NCBI GenBank assembly: GCA_040954595.2 | Contig: CM082576.2 | Span: forward strand, 15,671,028-15,735,027 | Direction of reading: 5' to 3' | Length of the DNA: 64,000 bases | DNA from: Balanoglossus misakiensis | Taxonomy: Eukaryota > Animalia > Hemichordata | Shown: positions 41,601 through 50,600 of the stretch, in pieces | How the letters are laid out: each line of letters begins with the position of its first letter | Numbering within the stretch: the first letter of the stretch is position 1 | Position numbers and translations under genes: made by a program | The notes under the pieces: model-generated | What the model saw: the letters and a program-made list of their open reading frames with translations, nothing else | Database searches by the model: none | What the model was told of the DNA's origin: nothing

Positions 41601-44600
41601 AAGGATTATGTTACCAAATGGATCATTCAGTAGACTTTGTGGCTTCGCTAATTTGGTAAGGAAATATCTTGCATATAACTTCACCCTTACACATATTATC
41701 CAATGCACGTACAAGTTTGTAATTTCAAAGTACAATATGGACAGAGGACAACATCTACTTATACCACTTGAAGAATTCTGACTCACTGTATAATACTATC
41801 ATCTGTCTGCAGGAATGCTGGGACCCTGGAACCAGTGCTACCACTGCCAATATAACCCCTACTTCCACTAGGTCTGAGTGCATAGTATAAACCCAATACA
41901 GCTCCACCAACCTCTGAGGAGTCATCCAATTGCAGGGCGGCTGATTGGTCACTGGATGTCTGTTCAGTTTGCCAAGATGGCCGATTACTGATTGTTACTG
42001 GGCCTAAAAGAAACCACATTCATTTCTTAATCAATTTATTTTTTTGTACACATGCGACTAATTATTTATTGTATTCTACTGAATGAAGAAAGAAAATGGT
42101 TCCTCTCTGTTGAATGTCAAAGTGCCACACAAACAAATGCATTTTTGACGCCCTCAAAAGAACTATCTGGTTGACTTTTTCAAAATACGTTAAGAGAATC
42201 TGCCTGATGTAAAGTTTCCTAGCCAACCTACATACTACTCATAAAAAGGGATATTTGACAAATATAGCTAAACAAATGTTCCCATTTCATATAAATGTTT
42301 CTGGTTTCATACACCTTTTCATAAAGAGGGGGCCCTTCCAAGACAACGCGACAATGAGGCCAGTAGGTCACAGAGTAAAAACTTTATCGTCTTGTGTACC
42401 GTTGCTATTGTTGGGACCGACGTTCAACCTCCACAGTTTATTGTCAGGTAAGTTTTACACACAACTTGTATTATACAACAAACCAGACCAGCTCAAGCAG
42501 TACTCTAATCATCTGCTTGGAGAATACGCCATGTTTAGGAAGGACGCCCTCTTTATGCAAAAGGCATATGTATTTTGTCACTAGCCTAACGATACATGGC
42601 ATGTCTAAAACATAAGAACAAATTACATGTGGGAATGGTTTCGTATTCATGACTGAAATGTTACATCCATTACCAGGTTTACTCGCAACGTCTGTTTTCT
42701 GCTCTATCGACTCTTGCTGTCTTTTCAAAATCTTAGCAACATCTAGTTGGTGGAGACATCTGAAACCATTGCTCTCAGTCAGATCATAAACTCGGAGTTG
42801 TCCATCAGATGATCCAACAGCAAACTGAGCATTCACTGGGTCCATGGCCACACTGATGAAAGGTGAGGCTACAAAATAAGAAATTGCCATGTTTAACTCT
42901 TTAACCCTAACGCTGCCAAGTCAGTTGAAACTGGTTTGATTTCCAGGGTGCCTAGAATCCGGGCTATCAGGCCTGTTAGGCTGCCTATACTAGACCCTCG
43001 ACCAATACAGTGCAAACCAGTGTGATTTGGTACATTTTACAGGGGGCTCAGACTGCCACGTGTGTCTGAGTACGTATGAGAGCCATGTCAAAACAGTCAA
43101 AATACGTTTTAGAAGAAAAAGTGGCAAATACGTATTTTTAGGGACTTGACACTCTAAACAGATATGACACCCAGTAGCATCATGGTTAATGGCATGTTTT
43201 CAACTTTGTCCTGTATTTACACTACCAAGCTTTCATGAAGTCAATTTTTTGTGCTTGTAAGTTGTAGATCAATAAATTGTCTCCTGTGATTATATCTACA
43301 AAAATTCTTAATATGTACAGTAATAAATGTACAAAATTTCAAACCTAATATTGTTACCAATTGTATGGGTCAACCTACGTTTAAATAAATTACTGCCAGT
43401 ACTGGTGCTATGATAAAGCTGAGAGTTGTTTACAACAATGCTGTCCGTATATTTTAAGGGGGAAAATACAAGTGCAGTATTGCCGATTTATTTTTGATAC
43501 AGTCCATGTAACTTTGATGCACGAAATAAATGTACATCCTAGCACAATTGTCATGGAGTATAAATCTGGTTATAAGGAAAGCGCACAAATATTTTTTACA
43601 TCAGATTTCTACAGACAAGTCAAAAATAAAACGAATGAAATAAATAAATAAAACAGTATCATACCTGAAATAATAGCTGACTGGTAAATTAAACACGAAT
43701 TTGAAATGTCCCAGACCTGGAATTAAAGTGTAAAAAATGTCATGATACATTTAAGCAGCGTATATATCTGAAGTACGTCTTACAAATATTTTGTCTTATG
43801 CCTTTCAGTCAAGCAACTACTACACATTACATGTACCTGTATCGCCATGTGTTCTGAGAGTACAGATTACATTATTTCAAAGTCCACAATGTGATCTTGA
43901 TCCAAATAGAACTAAACTGTATGCTATCATTGAATTCAGACAAGAATATAATAATTTCACTTAGTTTATAGTAATTCACCAGATTTGGTGTATGCTTGGC
44001 AAAAGTATATACTATTGTACAATTCAATTCAAAATAAAATTATATTCAGGTGGGAATAAAACAAATAATGTGAATAATTGTCACTATATAACTCACCTTG
44101 AAAGTTCTGTCATCTGACACAGATACTATGGTAGATTGAAAATGTGTGGAGAACTCGGCACAATTCACTCGGGCTGTATGACCTTCTAGTGTTGTGTCAA
44201 GACGTTCCATCTGTAAGATAATCAAGGATCACACTGTAAATACATGTGTAGATGTAATGACTGGGTGGTTACAATGTGCATACTCTGTTTATACGTTGAT
44301 GAATATCTGTGACAGCCCATAAAGAACAATTAACATATCACTGGTGACGATGGCTCAGCAGATACACAGCAGAAATTGATGACATACATGACATGCAGAT
44401 ATAAATGCGTGCCTTGAAAAACTGAACAAACTATACTTGCACTCTTGAAAGCCTTGGCAATGTCTTTTAAATGATCACAGTGTTTTATTTATCTTTAAAT
44501 CTTGTAAGAACCAATTAAGGTATATGGTCACAGTTACATTGTACCTTGGAAAGTTCGGATTTTGCCAATCACAGATTTTCATGGGGTGGTCAAACAAAAA

Positions 44601-45999
44601 GAGTGTCACCAAACAATCATTCAAAGATTTAGACCCTCCCTTTTTGCCACATATGAGCATTTGTAACTTTAAGGGGATGCAGCTTAATAGTGCATCTTCT
44701 TAGTACTTTGTTTTGTACATGCACATCAATGGATTAAATGCCCTGGGTATGAAACTGTCTTGTCTCAGTATTGATTTTGACCAAACAAACCAATTAATCA
44801 ATTCCCTTTCTGACCAAATGTCTATCAAGGAGAAAAAATTCTAAAGACAGGAATAGCTTATACATCAAAGAAGTAACTTACCTTTGAATCTAAAATTAAT
44901 ACTTTCTTGTCAATACATGCTGCCACCAGACTGTCACAGGGACTAAAACTGACATACTGCACATAACCTTGACCTTTGAAGATTACTTGACCTCTGATCT
45001 GCTGGCCTGTAATTCAAAGGAGAAGCACAACCTATGAAATGGAGTTACATACCATATTACAACTTACAGTAGCAGTGTTACAGATAAAGGAAATATAATA
45101 GTATACGATTTAAACATGAAAATTTGTATCATGTACAAACCTTTTACCCTTTCACCACCATGGTTCAGTCCAAACCCATTGTTTTCTATAGTACGCTTGG
45201 ACCTCTACAGAGGGAACTGGGGGTGAAAGGGTTAAAACATTTGTGTCTTTGGTAAAACTACAGACCCTCGCTGGACAGGGTCTGTGTTGAAACTTACATA
45301 TTTATAACATAACACAAAACTGATGATGAAAGATTCACCTGTATCGATTGCAGCTCTTGCTTTTTCTATATTCCACACAATGATGAAATCATCAGCAGTG
45401 CTACATAGCAATGTCGGGTTATGTTTGTTCCCAAAACACAGACAAGTGATCTTCTTCCGGTGTCCCTCAAGCTGAATGGGCTATGGAAATGAAAATTAGA
45501 CGGTAAAATGTTTATACATTGAAGCCATGAAAAGCTTACCGGTAAGTGCATGCCAAAAAAAGGATAATGGTTTACCTGCATGCTCACACTTTTAATTGAA
45601 GTTTTTTTTTCAAAATCTGTATCTCCAATATAGAAATTGCCACATTTTCTTGATATTAAGTTATCATAGTTTTGTAGCCAGTTACTCTCACAATTTATTC
45701 AAATCACTTGGCATAATAATGATGACATGCATGCTAATATTGGAGACAAAAACTAAATTGTAGGGATGAGACACAGAAATCCATTGATTTCAAGCCCTGC
45801 ATGCTTAACACAGGTACATGTATTTTCAGAAAAAAAAGTGTTTTATTTGTGTACTCACGGAAGACAATAGGTTTTGTAAACTCCATATTCCTATGCTAGA
45901 TTTTGTGTAAGGTAGCGCAGCATATCTACCATTGCATGCAGTCTGGATATGCGATGGAAGAAATGGCGTATGCAAGGTGTGTTCATGTAGGGCTGCCAT
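11412..45999 (-). CDS. WDR27: WD repeat-containing protein 27 (spliced, 22 coding exons, ~910 aa)
   Basis: Hand-spliced exons with consistent phases: 45999-45859 (MAALHEH..SHIQTACNGRYAALP..IGIWS), 45480-45339 (LEGHRKKITCLCFGNKHNPTLLCS), 45006-44882, 44210-44097 (LEGHTARVNCAEF..SDDRTFK), 43716-43665, 42868-42674, 42003-41787, 40948-40845, 40596-40502, 39935-39736, 39537-39355 (DQALTFKSKIKSSGY), 38715-38635 (TMFSPKTN), 38224-38118, 37788-37699, 37170-36992 (GHNGAVNSVHWS), 36397-36261 (FYYVDKFLLL), 35764-35667, 35061-34940, 34260-34163 (DGIKLWDLR), 33843-33741 (AFSPCAKYIVTGSEDR), 23376-23278 (HRLTGHTDVVSDVKFHP), 11462-11412 (LVTSSLDGKIRLYSDR*). Total 2733 nt, open frame. Motifs are collinear with vertebrate WDR27 as recalled (DQRLVFHSKVRSSGY, TMFSPKTN, FYYIDAFILL, LATATLDGKLQLF). 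Confidence 0.95.
11554..11759. mobile_element. Tc1/mariner-type MITE (TA target, CTGTAAAAC TIR), family C
   Basis: TA|CTGTAAAACACTTTATTTT...AAAATAAAGTGTTTTACAG|TA; relatives at 12153-12358, ~40075-40278 and 53541-53719. Confidence 0.75.
12153..12358. mobile_element. Family C MITE, inverted relative to 11554-11759
   Basis: CTGTAAAAC...GTTTTACAG|TA; CGCG-rich interior complementary to the 11554 copy. Confidence 0.7.
12378..12724. mobile_element. Palindromic MITE, TTAA target, AGGGAC termini (Kolobok-like), family A
   Basis: Near-complete internal inverted symmetry, TTAA|AGGGACAAAGTCTCTCTCTCGCTGCC...GGCAGCGAGAGAGAGACTTTGTCCCT|TTAA. RR..YY termini with a TTAA TSD fit Kolobok rather than piggyBac. 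Confidence 0.8.
13474..13968. mobile_element. TTAA-flanked TIR element (Kolobok-like), probably composite
   Basis: TTAA|AGGCACGTAAGCTG ... CAGCTCATGTGCCT|TTAA. Confidence 0.55.
15431..17360 (+). mobile_element. Helentron-associated non-autonomous element (HINE/DINE-1/pearl-like) with an internal tandem repeat
   Basis: T-run start; 5' subTIR GGGTTTCGAGAC (15436-15447) plus its inverted copy (15454-15465); (TTA)n(TTC)n microsatellite; core tandem array; 3' subTIR GTCTCGAAACCC (17323-17334); short hairpin GCTG-TTCA-CAGC; TATATTT end. Confidence 0.75.
16144..17320. repeat. Tandem repeat, ~238 bp unit, about 5 copies
   Basis: The motif AGGGTCACCTGTGACACCTGCCTAACTCATTAATTATGTGCATACC recurs near 16148, 16386, 16622, 16860 and 17097; the last unit is more diverged. 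Confidence 0.95.
17747..17966. mobile_element. Family A palindromic MITE, partial copy
   Basis: Shares the central CTCGCCAAAATGAATAA..TTCATTTTGGCGAG and the right terminus GAGACTTTGTCCCT|TTAA with 12378-12724. Confidence 0.8.
18861..19190. mobile_element. Degenerate TTAA-flanked MITE (Kolobok-like)
   Basis: TTAA|GGTTGTATGC ... GGCATGTCCTACAAG|TTAA, imperfect TIR. Confidence 0.4.
21676..22081. mobile_element. MITE family B, TTAA target, GGATGTACG TIR (Kolobok-like)
   Basis: TTAA|GGATGTACG...CGTACATCC|TTAA; related copies at ~10281-10693 and ~54398-54810. Confidence 0.8.
27276..27624. mobile_element. Family A palindromic MITE, full copy
   Basis: TTAA|AGGGACAAAGTCTC...GAGACTTTGTCCCT|TTAA; highly similar to 12378-12724. 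Confidence 0.85.
31112..31177. repeat. (GACA)n/(CA)n compound microsatellite
   Basis: Interrupted GACA arrays. Confidence 0.85.
32035..32205. mobile_element. CAGTG..CACTG MITE; partial relative at ~34370-34501
   Basis: CAGTGATTTTGTTAAGG ... CCTTAGCAAAAACACTG with repeated internal TACCGGGG/ATTCC motifs; the same right end recurs at 34490-34501. Confidence 0.6.
33532..33693. mobile_element. Tc1/mariner-type MITE (CAGTCAAA TIR, TA target)
   Basis: TA|CAGTCAAAACTGTGT...ACACAGGTTTGACTG|TA. Confidence 0.7.
35215..35514. mobile_element. piggyBac-type MITE
   Basis: TTAA|CCCTAATGCT...AGCATTAGGG|TTAA; inverted copy at 42905-43185. Confidence 0.85.
35529..35604. repeat. (CA)n microsatellite
   Basis: Perfect CA run inside the U12 intron. 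Confidence 0.98.
37171..37698 (-). other. GC-AG intron of WDR27
   Basis: Donor ACAG|GCATGT gives the phase-1 join TAFT-G-HNGAV expected from homology; the nearby GT is in the wrong phase. Confidence 0.7.
40075..40278. mobile_element. Family C MITE, decayed
   Basis: ACAGGAAATTTTCGC..GAAAATAACCCGTTTTAACAGTA shared with the other copies. Confidence 0.6.
41102..41502. mobile_element. Non-autonomous TIR element with a 7-bp TSD (P- or hAT-like)
   Basis: GTTACAT|CAGTGTTCGAAAT ... ATTTCGTACACTG|GTTACAT; subterminal ACCAGTC repeats. Confidence 0.7.
42905..43185. mobile_element. piggyBac-type MITE, inverted relative to 35215-35514
   Basis: TTAA|CCCTAACGCT...AGCATCATGG|TTAA; the interior is the reverse complement of 35215-35514. 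Confidence 0.85.
45147..45231. mobile_element. Short piggyBac-like MITE
   Basis: CCCTTTCACC...GGTGAAAGGG|TTAA inverted termini. Confidence 0.55.
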
Positions 46000-46839
46000 T
46001 ATCACCAGGAATATATAGTAACATGCAGAGTTGAATCAATCCTTCTTCTCAGACACTGATCTCTGAAATAAAACATGCGAGTCAGTCATAAAACATGATT
46101 TTGTGACGTTTGAAAGAAATTTGGCAAGGCAGTTTCTGAGAAATGGATGGAGGATGGACAGACTGGTGGCCCTACAGTAATGGCATAGCCACTAGAACAT
46201 CTGGTTACGCCAAGCGAAAAAAAAAGATGTGGTTCAAATGGCAGGCTTTTCACGATTAGAGGGTATGTCAAGTAATTTCACATTCAGTTTATTTATTTAT
46301 ACAAGTTTGTTGCCCGTTTGAATTCGTCCAGAAAATTAATATAACTGTGATCAGTTTCTCATCTGCAAGCTGTGATGTGATTCGCCAATGTGCAGTCACA
46401 TGGGGTGTCAATTGGTGCAGTTGCCTGGCAGTCAACATTTCCATAAACTGTCTCACTTGCCTGATTATGTTGGGAAGCACTATCTACGCGCGTGCACTGC
46501 AGAAAACTACAATGTAAGATGTGGGGTAAGATTATGATGTTGTCTGCGACTGAGGCAGTTTTCTCGATTTGTGATACTGTCGGATGAGAACACATATTTG
46601 ACTGGTCCCCTCAGGACTGTGGGTCACCCCCCCCCCCCGGTCAATATGTGTATGTACATGACATGTGTAGTGTACTTTCCAACTCCACTGACTGACTTAT
46701 TTGACACAGTACCCATGCACTTTGTACTTGCGGATCAGTAAACCTTCCCCAACTCCTCAACACATCACCCGAGGAGTACAGTGCTGCGGATCCGTAGTTG
46801 CAGCAGTACTGTAGCTTGGGGTTGTTGGATCATGATTAC

Positions 46840-46938
46840 AATCACAGGTACTTGGCACGATCGCTTCGCGATGGTCGCACTGCAGCCCCATCGCGACCAT
46901 CGCGAAGCGTTCGTGCCAAGTACATCGTACCTGTGATT
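46840..46938. repeat. CpG-rich inverted repeat (hairpin) in WDR27 intron 1
   Basis: AATCACAGGTAC-TTGGCACGA-TCGCTTCGCGATGGTCGC ... GCGACCATCGCGAAGCG-TTCGTGCCAAGTAC-ATC-GTACCTGTGATT. Confidence 0.85.
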
Positions 46939-47078
46939 ACAATGACCACAGACTCAAGCTCCAGTCCATGTTGTCATCCAGCGCACCAAATCGTGCAATC
47001 ATTCAATCATCCAAGTTAAAATTAATCGTCGGACTATGTCATTCTTGTAAGTTGTACGTGTTAGTTTTCACTACTTGC

Positions 47079-47346
47079 CTGAGCTGGCCAGCGTGTGACG
47101 CCAAAGATGAGTTACGGGTCGCGATGGACTTGGAAGTGTTGCCATGCCATTACAACGCTGCTACATGTGCTATCCACATCCGGAAATAGCGATCTGCGTT
47201 CATCCGCTTGTTATGCTGATATTGATTGGTCGGACGTATTCACTCACAGCCAATGGGATGGACGGTCTTAAATTTCGAAAATGAGATGTAAACAAAAACA
47301 TCAAGAGGCCAGAAGTGATCACTGCCATACATACAGCACAGCACAG
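47079..47346. promoter_or_regulatory. Putative bidirectional promoter and first exons of WDR27 (-) and KATNBL1 (+)
   Basis: Divergent 5' ends lie within ~300 bp. Inverted CCAAT pair (ATTGG ~47225, CCAAT ~47250), ETS-like CCGGAA ~47179, locally raised CpG. Minus-strand donor CAG|GCAAGT at 47079 and plus-strand donor CAG|GTAAGG at 47346. Confidence 0.6.
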
Positions 47347-47632
47347 GTAAGGTGACGACAAATGACGTCCAAAGACAAAACCAACCGATCCACTTGCAGA
47401 CAACATTCACAGATAAAAGTAATGGTTTCTCCGGCAAAAGAATTTACTCAATTTTTGATTTCGGTGAAACTATTTTCCCGAAATGAGCACTGCCAGCGCT
47501 GCTGTCAGTCGGTGATGGATCCTCATCGATTACTACGTACATATACAAGCAACGGTCAAAATGGCATTTACATGATGTAAAACTGTAATGAGGGCAAACT
47601 AACACGGTTTTATTTCCTTCAGTCTTCAGAAA

Positions 47633-50600
47633 ATGCCCAGGGCCAAGTCTGGAAGGAGAAACAAACGGGGGATTCTTGATGCTGGAGCGGGGTTTATGGT
47701 ATGGAATTCACGAAGAGAGAAGTGGGAATGGGTGGATAAAAGCCGACTTCTCAGAAACGAAAGTGACAAGGTAAGACAAGATAATCAGATGTTGAATTCA
47801 TGGGAACATCAGATCTAAGCCTAGGCTTTGGTGCTTTTCATTTTATTGTGGAGAAAATGTCCATTTTATTGGCAATAATGTTCTTAACCTCACATTGACA
47901 GTGATATTGTCTAAAACGATAAAATTGCAATATCAGGAGAGAAAAAATGCGGGGAATTGCAAGCTTTTCAATAAATACAAGTTGGTTGTGCTGACAAAAC
48001 TGTTCTTCACTTTGTAACCATTTTTCCTATATGTAGGATGAAAGGCATCCTCTTCACGCAGCCCAGTGTGCAGAATATATTCCACGCAAGAAAAGGTAAT
48101 TTAACAGAACACATATAAAGACTTAGTATATATAGAGTGCAGTATTTATTACAAAATGTGTTATATGCCTGTGAACACTATATAGCTACTGAACGGCTTT
48201 GGTCATTGGAGATACAGGACCGGTACAGGGGTGTGCCCTTTGGGCTGACACAGTTGCCCATTCTGATTCTAGGCTGTGGACATCCTTGTACATTTGTGTA
48301 TACTAGGGTGTTGAAGGTCTCATTAGTGTTATTCAGAGAAGAGACGACAGGGGTCAGATACATTAATGGTATTGATTTTGTCATCTGCTGGTAAAAAGCT
48401 GGGTGAACCTATCAAATGTTTTTGTTTTCCATTCAAAACGCAAACATAAATGTTAATGTATGTGTCATGATGTGAATCTTACAATTTAAATGATCATTTT
48501 TTCCTTTCCCTCTACTAACTTCTAGTTCCTTCATTTATTTTCAGGACACATCCTTCTTTCAAAGTTCCCGGCAAAAAAGCATGTGTACAGCCACTCAGAA
48601 ATTACAACAGGGTAATTCATCAATTTGGTATTTTTGTTGTTGTTAGAGAGCTAAGCACTATCACCAATTGCATCTTTATTTATTACAACATATTGAGAAC
48701 ATCCACTCAGATACAAACCTATTGATTGTTCACAATCACATTTGTGTAAGGCATTTGCTGTAAATTCACATTCATATACCCAGGTCATGTCACTGTGGTA
48801 ATTTTTATCACGCCCCTGCCCAGTTGCCCAAATATGGTCATCTGCATGCATTTCTGAACTGTGCACATTGTGCAAGATTTCCTTGTTGTTCATTACTGGT
48901 TTGAAACCTAGTAACACACGATCCTTCAAGTTCATTATTTTGTTCAGAAAATGGGTTTTCAACCATATGAGAGTGCAAGTCTGTCAAATAACCAAATAAT
49001 TATGATGAGGCTTTTTGTGAACAAATGATGTCATTATATGTATCAGTCCATTATAGGATGCAATAATTATTTTTCTGAACAATCTTGCAACTTGAAAAAA
49101 ACACAAGCAAAAACTCTGACGATGACCAAGCTAAATCACTTTTTTATTTGAAATTAAAAAAACAAAAACACTGCATTCATAATCATTTAGGCATATACCA
49201 AGTTGCAGGCTACATGACTCTATCATTGGCAGTGAGCGAATTGCCAGCTATTTTAAAAAAAATATATTTTTAATTTTAATTTTTTGTTTGTTTTGTCGGT
49301 TATGCATATCAGTGCCACTGTGGTAATGGGTCCTCCATTTCCTTTTGATTTCAGAAATCACCAGATAAAAGAAAAGCTGCAGTGAAACCATTGCATCACA
49401 GAGCAGTGAACAGCAGTGATGATCAGTACACGGAAGATTTACACTCAGAACGCAGTGACTCTACAACAGACAGTGATGATAAACCTGATGGCAGAATCAT
49501 TGTACACAAAGCTGATGAAGTACATTCTATTACCGAAGTTGATCTTCGACCAAAAGCTGATTCAGTGATAGATGAGGTAAATGTATAAGTATAACTAAAG
49601 CATATAATGTACATTGTGTATTTGTAAGTGATAAAAAGTTGTTTCTGAATAGTATTTACTAATATTTATTTTTAATGCAGCATCACAATAGGTCAAAAAT
49701 ACATGACTTTCGAGTTGTTGGGAAACGCAAGGATTTTTAACTCCTGTCACGTGGGGGCGCTCCAAGTTTTGCAAAAATCAATGAGGGCCACACATCATTC
49801 AGTCACATACGGCAACTGCAGCATCATGCGTGAAGATGTTCCGACACAAAATGCACCTTCTAAATCAAAAACAGCTCTCAGGCATTTCTTTCTTAGCATG
49901 GAGGAATAAGTGGAATGTCATGCCATTGATGCTGTAATATAACTTTTGCTTTGTCAGCTTTATTGAAGCTGCAATTACAACTGGGCGCATTACAGTACAA
50001 GTTTGGCATAACTGAAGGCCTAGGCTATGTTGACAAAAGAACAAATAAAAGTATAGATTATTAGGTTATGGATACAAAGTCTATGATATAGCTTACTGGT
50101 TTGCCATGCATAAAACGAATGGACCCCACCAGACTTCCGGTAAAATAACAATTTAAAATCTTTGAGTTTCCTAAGGCGCTCACAGCAACTTGAAAGTCCT
50201 GTATTGTAATATTACATTCAATATCATCAATGTAAGGGACAAACACAGTCAACACTTTTCTAGTTTTCGTGCAGTTGAAATGTTTGAACTGCAGCTCTAA
50301 AATAAAATCAAGCTTAATGACTCCATGTTTATAATTCATAATTTAATGAAGTTTGTAAGAACAATTTAAAAACATTTAATGAACACTACAGTGATCTCTT
50401 CTTACATTGATACATTCAAGACTGGAATGTGAAAAAAATTAATGGTGAATGATGTATAATTTAACCAATTCACAGGTCATCAGGGGTCATGGTACTATGA
50501 TGAAAATTATGACAACAAGAAAGTTTGGACTACGAGCGGCAGAGACATTTTGGTGTAGAAGTCCCAGTGCATTAGTTACCTATATCCTAAGAACCAATGA

